Shown: positions 27,205-36,840 of the stretch, one piece after another
Numbering within the stretch: the first letter of the stretch is position 1
Layout: every line of letters begins with the position of its first letter
Source of the DNA: Planctomycetota bacterium
Lineage (GTDB): Bacteria > Planctomycetota > SZUA-567 > H5-PLA8
Assembly: GCA_038227875.1 (NCBI GenBank)
Contig: JBBRPR010000058.1
Span: 1-52,281 of the forward strand
Direction of reading: 5' to 3'
Length of the DNA: 52,281 nucleotides
The notes under the pieces: model-generated
Database searches by the model: none
The model's input: only the letters and a program-made list of their open reading frames with translations
Told to the model about the DNA's origin: nothing
Program-made: the position numbers and the translations under genes

Positions 27205-28797
27205 ATGCGTTTCGGATCACCGTGGTCAGCCGGTTGGGGTTCGCCGGAAAATCATTTCCTCTACACCATTCCGGATCTCTCCGGGATGGCCGCGAGCGGC
27301 AATACGTATTTGCCCTTCCGCTTCAAATTACGCTCCGGTCTCGACAATGCCTTCGTGGGTTTGTATCGAAACGCCCAATTTGTAAAGAATGTCTTCGTCC
27401 CCGCCAATTCCGAGTACAACGCAATTACTGACGTTCCCTGGGGCAGCCAATCCATGTCGGTAATGCCGTTGCGACTCGGCCATCTCGGCGACCCGTCCTA
27501 CGCCGATGAGAAGGTCGTCCGCGTCTACGAAGCCGTCGAAAATGCTTGCGTGACGCTCCAATTCTCATTCGTGCCGAAGATCGTCGTTCCGCCGCTCAGC
27601 GACGGTGGATTTACCTCGAATTGGAACCTCACCGGCCTGCAACAAGGCCTGAACACCGCGCTCGTCCAAGGCCATCCCGCGTGGGGCCGTCTGAGCTTGA
27701 ACCTCGCGGTCGCCGCCGGAAATGTGACCGTCACACTTTCCAGCAGCGGCACGCCAGTCGCCAGCGGCACAGCCGCGATCGGCGGCGCGCCATTTACGGT
27801 CACGCTCGCCGCTCAAAACAACAGCGGGATTTCCGGCTCGGTGACAGTCAGCAATACGGTTTCAAATATATCCAATGGCACGTTGGATATTCGTTGGCCA
27901 AGTTCGATCCAAATTCTACGCGACACGTTCGATCCGCCAACGACGGTGCGCGACACCAATGCATTTAATGGAATTAGTACCATTCGCTGGACGGAAAGTT
28001 CCGACCTCGCTGCGGGAACGTACTATTACCGCACACAGCCGATTTCCGATACCGGCATCGCCGGAATTCAAAGCGCCTCAGTCCCCATCACGACCATCGG
28101 CCGCCCCGCGCCGCCCACCAATCTCGCTTACGCCAGCGGAAACGCCGCCGCTACAGTGCTCAACTTTACGCCCAGCACCACGCCCGGTGCGACGTACCGT
28201 GCTTACCTGGCGACAGCGATCGGTGGCGTGCTAAATCTCAACGACATTCAAGCCACCGCCATTGCCAATGCGACAGCGATCACGCTGCCGCCGCTAAGCG
28301 GATATCCCGGAACCACGTACGTCGTGCTCCGCGCCGTCCTCGCCGGCGTCGAAGAACGAAATTTGTACATATTGCCGCTCGAGTTCAATTCCGCCGGTGC
28401 GTTCGTCCCCGCACGCCCGAATTCGCCCGGCATCCAACTCGAAACAATTTTAATTACGTCTGGCCGATCGATACAAATTAAAGCCCTCTACAATACCGAC
28501 CATCAAACGGCCGTCGCCACCTCGCTCCAACTCTTCACCCGCACGCCCGGCACCAGCTACGATTTCACCACCCCCGCCGCAACCGCCTCACTCAATCCCG
28601 GAGGAACGCCCGGCCTGCAAACCGCCACCTTCAACTACACCTTCCCCGCCGACAGCTATTACTATCTCACCGGCCTCGCCGTCACCGCCGCCGGCACCCA
28701 AAGCCCCAGCGCCAACGCCCAGGAAATCCTGATCTACGCCTCCACCGACACGCTCCCCGCCCCCACAGGCCTCACCGCCCAACTCTCCCGCAGTTAA
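27205..28797 (+). CDS. virion/baseplate-associated protein with FN3-like domains
   Basis: AGGAG RBS before ATG 27205; GTYYYR..PAPPTNL FN3-like repeats; the ORF-track start at 27064 lies inside the REP doublet. Confidence 0.65.
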   Translation: MRFGSPWSAGWGSPENHFLYTIPDLSGMAASGNTYLPFRFKLRSGLDNAFVGLYRNAQFVKNVFVPANSEYNAITDVPWGSQSMSVMPLRLGHLGDPSYADEKVVRVYEAVENACVTLQFSFVPKIVVPPLSDGGFTSNWNLTGLQQGLNTALVQGHPAWGRLSLNLAVAAGNVTVTLSSSGTPVASGTAAIGGAPFTVTLAAQNNSGISGSVTVSNTVSNISNGTLDIRWPSSIQILRDTFDPPTTVRDTNAFNGISTIRWTESSDLAAGTYYYRTQPISDTGIAGIQSASVPITTIGRPAPPTNLAYASGNAAATVLNFTPSTTPGATYRAYLATAIGGVLNLNDIQATAIANATAITLPPLSGYPGTTYVVLRAVLAGVEERNLYILPLEFNSAGAFVPARPNSPGIQLETILITSGRSIQIKALYNTDHQTAVATSLQLFTRTPGTSYDFTTPAATASLNPGGTPGLQTATFNYTFPADSYYYLTGLAVTAAGTQSPSANAQEILIYASTDTLPAPTGLTAQLSRS

Positions 28798-28836
28798 TAT
28801 TATAATTGCAGCACAAACATCCGAATTCGGACAATT

Positions 28837-28902
28837 TTCGACATTCGACATTCGACATTCGACATTCGACATTCGACATTCGACATTCGACATTCGACAT
28901 TC
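28837..28902. repeat. (TTCGACA)9 array directly before an RBS
   Basis: Followed by CGAGGTCCCCATG. Confidence 0.95.
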
Positions 28903-28912
28903 CGAGGTCCCC

Positions 28913-31042
28913 ATGCCCGCCTTCGCCGAACTTCCCACCGCCGCGCTCGTCGAAATCCCCGCCGCGTCCGCCGCCGTCTACTCGCTCGCCGGAGGCGGCA
29001 GCGCTTACGACTACGCCGAAGTCCTCCGCGTCGAACACAGCGCCGGCATCGTCCCCGGAAAAGCGTTCGTCAGCATCCGCAACCTCAACGCTGCCGACGA
29101 AAACGGCCACGTCACGCTCCAATCCACCGGCGCGCTGGCGCCCAATTGCTTCAAATTCTGGAGCCGCATTCGGATCACGTCGAACGGCTCGACGATCTTC
29201 ATCGGCAGCCTGATGAAACGGCGCGATTGGATCGCCGGCAACGCCGCGATTTTCGAATTCTGGGACGACCGGTGGTTATTAAGCAAAATTCCGATTCGCG
29301 GCGCGCTGGTTTATGACAATTATGATAATTCTGTCAAATTCCTGCCCCGCTACGATTGCCGCACCAATCCCAATGGATATAAAAACTGCACGCGAGCTGG
29401 AAGCCTGCCAGGCGTCGCCGACGGCGATATCTACGTCTTCTCCGAAATCCCCGAACAAGGCACGCAGACGCTCGCCAACGACGCCGCCGTCGGCAACGAC
29501 GACAGCGCCGCGCCGGGCCAATCGATCTACTGGACACCCGAGCGCTTTCTGAAATACCTCCGCGCGCTCGCGTTTTATGCGCCGCCGAGCCCCTATGCCG
29601 GAAACTGGGCGGGCCTGGATGCGACGAAAGTGATGTGGACCGCCGCGTCGTGCCAGTTTCAGGACGGCCCAATGCGCCGCATGATGCCCGACCTCCAATT
29701 CCAGGGCCAGGCCATGCTCGGCGCGATTCAGAAAACGCTCGACGTCAGCGGCGATTATCAGCTCCATTGCGATTACCGCGCCGGCGGCCAGACTGCGCTC
29801 GCGTTCCACGTTCGCGATCGATCGCTTGCGCCCGCGCGCCGCACCATCAATCTCCAGCGCACCGGCGCGGCCGCCGACGTCAAAACCGCCTTCGACGGTG
29901 TCGCCGAAACCGATGCGTCAGAACTCTGCACCGGCGTCATTGTCGAAGGCGCCGCGCCGCTGATCGAATCGGAATTCTCCTATACGAACGGCGGCGGAGA
30001 CACGCTCGAGCCGGTCTGGTCGGCCGCCGAACAGACGGGTTTTCTGCAGATCATTTCGACCGGAAAGGATCTCGCCGGAAACGATCTGCCCGGCGGATCC
30101 TCGGGCAGTCTTCGCAACTCCAAACAGGCGCTCCAGGCCGCGCGCCTCTCGTTTCCCAAGGTCTACCGCGCGTTTCAACTGAAGGGTGGGGGACTCACCG
30201 CGATACTTTCAGGCGCGGGCGGAAAATATACAAATGTGCCCGTCCTGCTCGATTTCAAAACACCGCTCGCTGAACAATTGCAGCCCTATTTTGAATCCAC
30301 TGGCGTCAGGCGCGGCCGCGTCCGCGTGCCCGTGCGCATTCAAGTCAGCGCCAATTCCGCCTCCACGATTTACCACGACGTCACCTACCACAACGGCTTT
30401 CGCATCTCCGATGATGGCATCATCTGGTTCGACGGCCTGACCGACGACCTCGCTGGCCTGGATAGCATTTACGACCAAGCGCTCCAAAGTTACACCGGAG
30501 GTGTTGCACCACCTCTGCGCAAAATCAAAATCAATTGCGCCATTCCGCACGATACGCGGTTGTTCTCCGCAATAGATATATTTCGCGACGGCGTTGATCC
30601 CAATTCGATCCGTGACCAGATCAACGAATCGATGAATGGAACCTACGGCCCCGCGCTCCAGCGCTACATTCTCGCTGCTGATGCGTACCAGCAGGAACAC
30701 CAGGTCGCCAGCAATCCCGTGCTCAGCGGCTCGTTCCAAACTTCCGACGGCGGCGCCCCGCCCAAACTCGTTACGCTCACGACGCTCATCACCGCCGTCA
30801 TCTACGACGACAGCACGCAGATCAAAGCGCACGCCACGCGCCGCCACAAGGATGCCGCGCGCTTCAAGCGTTCGAACACGTGGAAGCTACCCGGCATCCG
30901 TCTCGACTTTTCCATAGGTGATTTCATCGAAAAAGTCTCGTTCCGCGGCGCGGCGGCCAGCGGTGAATACAAAATCAACGCGCCGCTCGATCACGTCACA
31001 TTCGATTTCCGCAAACAGGAAACCGTGTTGAGGCTCGAATAA
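28913..31042 (+). CDS. tail hub / baseplate protein (GPD/Tal-like)
   Basis: N-terminal VLRVEHSAG..RIRITSNGSTIFIG..FWDDRWLL hub-like pattern; C-terminal IGDFI..VTFDF..TVLRLE. Confidence 0.6.
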   Translation: MPAFAELPTAALVEIPAASAAVYSLAGGGSAYDYAEVLRVEHSAGIVPGKAFVSIRNLNAADENGHVTLQSTGALAPNCFKFWSRIRITSNGSTIFIGSLMKRRDWIAGNAAIFEFWDDRWLLSKIPIRGALVYDNYDNSVKFLPRYDCRTNPNGYKNCTRAGSLPGVADGDIYVFSEIPEQGTQTLANDAAVGNDDSAAPGQSIYWTPERFLKYLRALAFYAPPSPYAGNWAGLDATKVMWTAASCQFQDGPMRRMMPDLQFQGQAMLGAIQKTLDVSGDYQLHCDYRAGGQTALAFHVRDRSLAPARRTINLQRTGAAADVKTAFDGVAETDASELCTGVIVEGAAPLIESEFSYTNGGGDTLEPVWSAAEQTGFLQIISTGKDLAGNDLPGGSSGSLRNSKQALQAARLSFPKVYRAFQLKGGGLTAILSGAGGKYTNVPVLLDFKTPLAEQLQPYFESTGVRRGRVRVPVRIQVSANSASTIYHDVTYHNGFRISDDGIIWFDGLTDDLAGLDSIYDQALQSYTGGVAPPLRKIKINCAIPHDTRLFSAIDIFRDGVDPNSIRDQINESMNGTYGPALQRYILAADAYQQEHQVASNPVLSGSFQTSDGGAPPKLVTLTTLITAVIYDDSTQIKAHATRRHKDAARFKRSNTWKLPGIRLDFSIGDFIEKVSFRGAAASGEYKINAPLDHVTFDFRKQETVLRLE

Positions 31043-31599
31043 TGTCCGCCCAGGCCCTTCGCCCGCTCGTCGTCATCAACACGCAGTCGAACCAGATCGC
31101 CACTGTCGGCGCCAACGGTGACAGCAGCGTTCCGGTTTTGACCACGACGATCTGGGCCAACTCCAGCGACCACACGCAGACCTACGGCCGCACGGTCAGC
31201 GGCTATTGGCAATGGAATTACAATCTATTTCCAGCCTTTTCATTTCCCGGCGCCGCGTTCTTTTTCGCGGGACTCGGCGGCACGGTCCAAAGCGGATCGC
31301 TGCAAATGGATCTGGAATTACTGGACGCCTCATCCACGATCCTGACCCGCGCGTCCATGCTCGTCAATTACTCTGTGGACCTCACGACCATTCCCGGCTT
31401 CACCTATTCGGTCTCCGCCGGCAATCCGACCGTGGGCACCGAGAAAATCGAAGCGTGGAGTGCCGTCCGCGTGCGCAGCACCTGCAGCAACACCAATCTC
31501 CATTTTATACTCAATTACGGTCCGCTGGCCGGCCCGCCGGATCCCAGTGCCTACGCGGCCTACGCCGCGCCCTTTATCATCGTGGATCGGTATTATTAA
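31042..31599 (+). CDS. putative tail-tip/receptor-binding protein A
   Basis: Start overlaps the hub gene stop; beta-rich. Confidence 0.5.
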   Translation: MSAQALRPLVVINTQSNQIATVGANGDSSVPVLTTTIWANSSDHTQTYGRTVSGYWQWNYNLFPAFSFPGAAFFFAGLGGTVQSGSLQMDLELLDASSTILTRASMLVNYSVDLTTIPGFTYSVSAGNPTVGTEKIEAWSAVRVRSTCSNTNLHFILNYGPLAGPPDPSAYAAYAAPFIIVDRYY

Positions 31600-31600
31600 T

Positions 31601-32056
31601 ATGCCTAATTCACTGCGACCGACCCTGGTGTCCACTGTCCGCGGCTGCCTGATTTCGCTGGTCTTCCCCACGACCGGAACCTTCAGTGCGTCGACGGATC
31701 TTGGTATCGTCTGGGCCAATCCGGCCGATCACACCGAATTGCTTTCGCCGTACAAAGGCTTCGATTTCACGTCTGGATTTGGATACAGTTCAGTCAATCT
31801 ATTAAGCGTAAAGTCCCAAACGTTATTTCCATCCATTTCGATGGAATTCTATATCGTCGACAGCAGCGGCGCCGATTTATACCCATGCGGAAGCACCGCA
31901 ACGTTCGTCAACGCCGGCGTGAACCTGTTCAATGCGCTGAGTTTCAGCGTCCCCGCCCGTTCCACGCCTGGTGCGGGCATTCGCGGCCACGTGACGATTT
32001 CCGGCACCGGTACCGTGCAGATCCCGTCACCGCTGCTCTTCTTTGGATCGATGTAA
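31601..32056 (+). CDS. putative tail-tip protein B (paralog of the previous gene)
   Basis: Shares LRP..WANxxDHT..S(L/I)xM(D/E)..D(A/S)S with 31042-31599. Confidence 0.5.
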   Translation: MPNSLRPTLVSTVRGCLISLVFPTTGTFSASTDLGIVWANPADHTELLSPYKGFDFTSGFGYSSVNLLSVKSQTLFPSISMEFYIVDSSGADLYPCGSTATFVNAGVNLFNALSFSVPARSTPGAGIRGHVTISGTGTVQIPSPLLFFGSM

Positions 32057-32061
32057 GATGA

Positions 32062-32757
32062 CTACACCCGCGCATGCCACTGCAACCCGCAAGGCAACTC
32101 CTGATGCGTAAACTGCAATTGAATCACACGCCGGTGCGCCGGGCTCTGCGCCGGCGACGACGCGTGCAGCAGCAACGGCCGCATCAGCAGCACGCTGCCC
32201 CGCGGCGCGAGGCACGCCACGTCGCCGCTCGTCTCCTGCCAGCGCTTGATTTCCGGCCCGGACAATTCCCCCGCGCGGTGCGACCCCGGAATCACGCGCA
32301 AGGGCCCGTTCTCGGATCTGCAATCGTCGAGATGCACGCGCAACGTCAGCACGTTTTCCAATACTCGAATCGGCGGTTTGGCGTGCACCACGCCGGCCTT
32401 CTCCGACCAGCCCGAAAATCCATCCGCGTCTCCTCGCGCCGCCAGCGGCAGATACAAATCCTGATGAAAGGGAACTTTCCAATTCGCGTCCGGAATCTTA
32501 TCGAGCAGCAGCGCCTGGACCGCGAAGCACTGCTCACCCAGAATCGCCGACGCCAGCCCGCGAACCGCAGCGCATCGCGCCAATTCACGAATCTCGGGCG
32601 CCGCGTCGAAGAGATTGCGAATCGCGTACACCTCCCTGCGCCGCCGCACGCTCAATCCGTCAATGGACTCCAACGCCGCGCACAACGCCGTGACGCGCGC
32701 ATCATCCAGCACACCCGGCTCAAGATGAAATCCATCGCGTTCAAGTGCGTCCATCAA
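32062..32757 (-). CDS. phytanoyl-CoA dioxygenase (PhyH) family 2OG-Fe(II) oxygenase
   Basis: DKIPDANWKVPFHQD, RVHLDDC..NGPLRVIPGSH, LLLHASS..HRRV. Confidence 0.9.
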   Translation of the reverse strand: MMDALERDGFHLEPGVLDDARVTALCAALESIDGLSVRRRREVYAIRNLFDAAPEIRELARCAAVRGLASAILGEQCFAVQALLLDKIPDANWKVPFHQDLYLPLAARGDADGFSGWSEKAGVVHAKPPIRVLENVLTLRVHLDDCRSENGPLRVIPGSHRAGELSGPEIKRWQETSGDVACLAPRGSVLLMRPLLLHASSPAQSPAHRRVIQLQFTHQELPCGLQWHARV

Positions 32758-32864
32758 CCTCGTAACTCCGCTGTCCCGCCATTGAGACTACTGAAAGTGT
32801 CATGGATTTCGCAACGCGAAAGCGCCATCATCCGGTGTACCCACGCTTGAACTGGAGACGCCCC

Positions 32865-33959
32865 ATGCCCACCGTCCTGCGAAAAATTCTGCTGCTCTGC
32901 GCCTGTATCATGGTGATGAACGTCGCCGCCGCCGGCGAACTTCCCGAAAAAATCGCGCCCACCGATCCCAACATCGCGCTGATCGGCCGCTTCGATCTGC
33001 GCGACAAGGAAGGCCCGCGCTGCGCGTGGCCCGGCAGCAGCATCCGCATCAAATTCTCCGGCACCGCCGCCAACGCGCTGCTGAAAAGCACCGCCGACGG
33101 CGGCGATTACGTCGAAGCGATTGTCGACGGCAAGCCCGGCAATACTTTGGCGCTGAAGAAAGGTCCGAACACCTTCGAAGCCGCCAGCGGCCTGCCCGAC
33201 GGCGAACACACGCTGGAAATTTTCAAGCGTACCGAAGCGTTCGCGAACAACATTCAGCTCCTCGGCTTCCAGCTCGAGGCCGGAAAGAAGCTGCTCCCGC
33301 CGCCGACTCCCCTCTCGCGCCGCATCGAACTCGTCGGTGACTCCATCACCTGCGGTTACGGCAACGAAGGCCCCAACCAGAACGAACACTTCAAGCCGGC
33401 GACGGAAAACAATTACCTCGCCTACGGCCCGATCGCCGCGCGCGCCGTCAACGCCGACTGCGTGGAGATCGCCTGGTCCGGCAAGAAGCTCGCGCCCGAC
33501 AACGCCATCCCCGAACTCTACGATTACGCGCTGCCCACCGACAAATCCAGCACGTGGGATTTCTCAAAGTACGTCGCCGACGCCGTGATCATCAATCTGG
33601 GCACCAACGATTTCGGCAAAGGCAACCCCGACGAAAAGATGTGGACCACCGCGTACGTCACGTTCATTCAGCGCATCCGCAAGAATTATCCCAAAGCGCA
33701 CATTTTCTGCGCCGTCGGTTCGATGATGAGCGACAATTGGCCCAAGGATCAGAAAGCGCTGACCACGGTCAAGAATTACATTAATACCGTGATCGAAACG
33801 CTCCAAAAAGACGGCGACAAAAACGTCCATTTTCTCGAATTCGCGACGCAGGACGGCAATGCCGACGGCCTGGGCAGTGACTGGCACCCGAGCGTGAAGA
33901 CGCACCAGAAGATGGGGGAGAAATTGGCTGCCGCGTTAAAGAAGGAGCTTGGCTGGTAA
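32865..33959 (+). CDS. secreted SGNH/GDSL esterase (CE2-like acetylxylan esterase)
   Basis: Signal peptide; IELVGDSITCGYG, NLGTND, DWHP. Confidence 0.9.
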   Translation: MPTVLRKILLLCACIMVMNVAAAGELPEKIAPTDPNIALIGRFDLRDKEGPRCAWPGSSIRIKFSGTAANALLKSTADGGDYVEAIVDGKPGNTLALKKGPNTFEAASGLPDGEHTLEIFKRTEAFANNIQLLGFQLEAGKKLLPPPTPLSRRIELVGDSITCGYGNEGPNQNEHFKPATENNYLAYGPIAARAVNADCVEIAWSGKKLAPDNAIPELYDYALPTDKSSTWDFSKYVADAVIINLGTNDFGKGNPDEKMWTTAYVTFIQRIRKNYPKAHIFCAVGSMMSDNWPKDQKALTTVKNYINTVIETLQKDGDKNVHFLEFATQDGNADGLGSDWHPSVKTHQKMGEKLAAALKKELGW

Positions 33960-34018
33960 CCGGTGCTCGCGAGTTCGACTTCCGTCCGGCTAAAAGTGGT
34001 CGGTGTCAGCAGCGCTCC

Positions 34019-34417
34019 CTACTTTTGTCCGGACAGTATTCGAACTTGCGCGGTGGGCTGGGCCGTCGGCACCTCGGCCTCCGCGGCAATATGGACCGGA
34101 CGGAATTCGAGGTCCTTGATCAGTCTGACGGTGCCGGGAGCAATAACCCGCGGCGAGCCGCCCTCGTACATCCCAAGAATGATCAGATAGCTGATCAGAA
34201 ATCCCACCGCCACCATCGAGCTGGCGATGCCCGCACAGAAGACGTAGTGATTTTTCGGATCGCTCAACAACGCTCCGCACGCGCCGACGATCACCACCAG
34301 CGTCATCATCGACTGCAGCGTAAAGCGCAGTTGCCTCACGCCCAGCACCATGAATCGGAATCCCACGATGATTTTATACAGCAGCCACAGGCCGAAGAGT
34401 CCCCACAGAAATTCCAT
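34019..34417 (-). CDS. small membrane protein with RFTL motif
   Basis: 3 TM; QLRFTLQSMM. Confidence 0.65.
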   Translation of the reverse strand: MEFLWGLFGLWLLYKIIVGFRFMVLGVRQLRFTLQSMMTLVVIVGACGALLSDPKNHYVFCAGIASSMVAVGFLISYLIILGMYEGGSPRVIAPGTVRLIKDLEFRPVHIAAEAEVPTAQPTAQVRILSGQK

Positions 34418-34438
34418 CGCGACCTCCCGTCCACTCCG

Positions 34439-34747
34439 TCACACCGTGCCCCGATGTTCCGGTGCCTTGCTCACCACGTTTTTCGGCGCTCCGCCCACGG
34501 ACAACAAATACGACACAATCGCAGTCACATAAATCGTTGAACACGCCGCGCCCGCAATCAGAACTGACTCGTGCCGGTCCATCAGCATCGTCGCACATGC
34601 TCCGCCGCTCAACACCGTAATCATCAGTGTACGGAGACTGAACCGCGAGCGCAGCACGCCCTTCACCACCGTTACGCCGCACAAGATCACGAAGACGATC
34701 GTCATGAGCATAGAGACGCCAAAAATCACCAGCGCCAAAATTGCCAT
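34439..34747 (-). CDS. small membrane protein with RFSLRTL motif
   Basis: 3 TM; RSRFSLRTLM. Confidence 0.65.
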   Translation of the reverse strand: MAILALVIFGVSMLMTIVFVILCGVTVVKGVLRSRFSLRTLMITVLSGGACATMLMDRHESVLIAGAACSTIYVTAIVSYLLSVGGAPKNVVSKAPEHRGTV

Positions 34748-34798
34748 GATACCCCACTATTTTGAACCGTTGCGAGCCAAAAAATTCCCAACTTTCCC

Positions 34799-35110
34799 TC
34801 AATCCGCATCCAACTGCTCTGGAGGAATATTCGCCCGCAAGACCGAGGTCAGCACGAACACCACCAGCACCAGCGAACTCACCAGCCCCAGCGAAAACCA
34901 GATCGTCCGATTGGAGAGCGTCAGCAGCGTCCCGCTCGTTCCGCCCCACAGCGAGATCAACACCAGCGTGCCCAGCGTAAACCGAAACTTCCGGACGCCC
35001 GCGAACAAAAACAGCGCCAACGATTGAAGTCCCGCGCCGATTGCACTCGCAATAAACCACGGGATCCTGGCGTAGAAATAAACCATCGGCTCCGTCGCCA
35101 GCGTGCTCAT
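34799..35110 (-). CDS. small membrane protein with RFTL motif
   Basis: 3 TM; KFRFTLGTLV; start uncertain. Confidence 0.6.
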   Translation of the reverse strand: MSTLATEPMVYFYARIPWFIASAIGAGLQSLALFLFAGVRKFRFTLGTLVLISLWGGTSGTLLTLSNRTIWFSLGLVSSLVLVVFVLTSVLRANIPPEQLDAD

Positions 35111-35184
35111 CGCTTTCGCGGGCCGGTCACGCCGCGGCGGAGCCACGGGGTGAGTAACTTTTACGAATGGAGCCTCTGGAGTCG

Positions 35185-35877
35185 TCACGCCGCCTCCTCC
35201 ACCGCCCGCGGCACATTCACCCACACGATCTTCCACGCCGCCGTCGCACCGACGACCAGCATCAGCCCCAGGCCGATCTCAAATCCACCAAACAGCGACG
35301 CCGGTCCGATCATCAGCCAATTGGAAACCCCGAGCACCCCCAGCGCGAAGATCATCCAGAATGTCCCGTGCCGCATCTTGCCGGCGGCGCGAAACAGATA
35401 CGCAATGTCGCTGGTCCCCGCGTCGGGGCCGTAACCCGGATCATAAAGCGCCAACTCAATGAACATCACCGGCACAATCGCAAACAAAAACGCCGCGCCC
35501 ACCAGCATCGCGAGCACCACCTTCGAGAACAGACACGCGATCAGCGCGTTAAACACCAGAAACCCTTCCATCATCGTCCGCAGCGAATACCGCAGAAAAC
35601 AAACACCCATCACGCTGCACAACACCAGGAAGCTCAGCAACAGGATGGCGAAAAGCAGCATCGCTTCCTGAATCATCACCCCGCTGGCCGTCATGCACGC
35701 TGCCGAAAAGCAAATCACGCACGCCGCCCCGCAGAGTTTGGAAACGCCCGCCGCCACGCGCAGCACCGCATACGCAATCGGCTGCCGCTCAGTGAGATGA
35801 ACAATCCGCGGCGGCGCCTCATCGCTGTCCGCGCCGACCGGATCCGCCACCAATTGATCAATCACCGGAGATTCCAT
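35185..35877 (-). CDS. multi-pass membrane protein with RYSLRT motif
   Basis: About 6 TM; similar to 46867-47487. Confidence 0.6.
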   Translation of the reverse strand: MESPVIDQLVADPVGADSDEAPPRIVHLTERQPIAYAVLRVAAGVSKLCGAACVICFSAACMTASGVMIQEAMLLFAILLLSFLVLCSVMGVCFLRYSLRTMMEGFLVFNALIACLFSKVVLAMLVGAAFLFAIVPVMFIELALYDPGYGPDAGTSDIAYLFRAAGKMRHGTFWMIFALGVLGVSNWLMIGPASLFGGFEIGLGLMLVVGATAAWKIVWVNVPRAVEEAA

Positions 35878-35997
35878 GAAGCACGCATCCCATAGGGGCC
35901 GGGCACCGCCTGAATAAGCACACGTAGGTATAGGCCCGTCCGTCACCGAAACCAACAGGAATCTTTCTATACGCGGGCCGTAATGAGGCCGCCTCTC

Positions 35998-36840
35998 TCA
36001 CCGCCCCCGATACCCACTCGGCGCCACCCCCGTCTGCAGCTTAAACGCCTTGCTGAAATGAAACTCATCAAAGAACCCCAGCATTCGCGCCACCTCCTTC
36101 AACCGCATCTCCGGATTGTGGTGCAGCAGCGATCGCGCGATCCGGATCTTGTGCTCAAGCTGGTACTGCCGCACCGTCTTGCCCGTGACCTCGCGAAACT
36201 TTCGCGTGAACAGCCGCCGGCTCATCCGCGCCATCCCCGCCAGCTGGTCGAGCGGATCGGTCGTTTCCGGATGTGCCTCGATGTAGCGAATAACCGCGTC
36301 CACCGCCGACGCGCGCCCGTCTTCGTGAACGTGCTGCCCCTTCGCCGCCAGTTCGAGCAGCACCTCCAGCAGCACCACCCGCGCGCGCTGCCGGTTGAGC
36401 CGCAGCGACGACCAGAAATAATGGACCGCATCGCGCAACAGTTGATGAAAATGCCGGTCGTTTCCGCAGCGAACACACGAGGGAAACGCCACGCGCATCT
36501 CCTCCGCGCCCTTCTCCGCAACGCGGTCGCGCAGGAATTGATCTCCTTTCGCGCGCGGAAAATGAAGATAGATCCAACGCGTCCCCGGCCGGCAGTTCAC
36601 GCGACCAAAATGATGCCGGCCTTGAAACAAAAACAGCGCATCACCGGGCCGCAATTGAAACAGATGCTCCTCCTCCCAGACGTCCCTGCCGCCTTCCTGG
36701 ATGTAAAGTAAATCGTGATAATCGGTGACGCGGTCCGGGTGCAGAACACCATCGGAGATCCCGAAGTTCGCGGTATCCAACCGCCGCGCCTCAGATAAAT
36801 TCAAGGAAACGAAGCTCATCGGCCCGATTTTACATGACAT
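35998..36840 (-). CDS. AraC family transcriptional regulator
   Basis: Cupin N-terminal domain plus LKEVARMLGFFDEFHFSKAFKLQTGVAPSGYR; start may be 36819. Confidence 0.92.
   Translation of the reverse strand: MSCKIGPMSFVSLNLSEARRLDTANFGISDGVLHPDRVTDYHDLLYIQEGGRDVWEEEHLFQLRPGDALFLFQGRHHFGRVNCRPGTRWIYLHFPRAKGDQFLRDRVAEKGAEEMRVAFPSCVRCGNDRHFHQLLRDAVHYFWSSLRLNRQRARVVLLEVLLELAAKGQHVHEDGRASAVDAVIRYIEAHPETTDPLDQLAGMARMSRRLFTRKFREVTGKTVRQYQLEHKIRIARSLLHHNPEMRLKEVARMLGFFDEFHFSKAFKLQTGVAPSGYRGR

Larger units (their letters stand above)
10996..32056 (+). mobile_element. phage-derived morphogenesis cluster (GTA-like element or cryptic prophage)
   Basis: Co-oriented terminase-portal-scaffold-capsid-lysis-neck-tail genes; no integration or replication genes seen. 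Confidence 0.75.

Noticed and set aside
22014..31042. Contractile injection system / tailocin
   Set aside because: No sheath or baseplate wedge (gpJ/gp25-like) genes recognised, and a full head-packaging module is present
3789..32056. One large prophage linking the integrase to the morphogenesis cluster
   Set aside because: The integrase lies on the 3' side of tRNA-Gln, so its element extends leftwards; host-type genes (5594-10556) intervene and no tRNA-end duplication was seen near 32 kb
25183..32056. Diversity-generating retroelement target in fibre/tip genes
   Set aside because: No reverse transcriptase and no TR/VR repeat pair with adenine-specific differences seen
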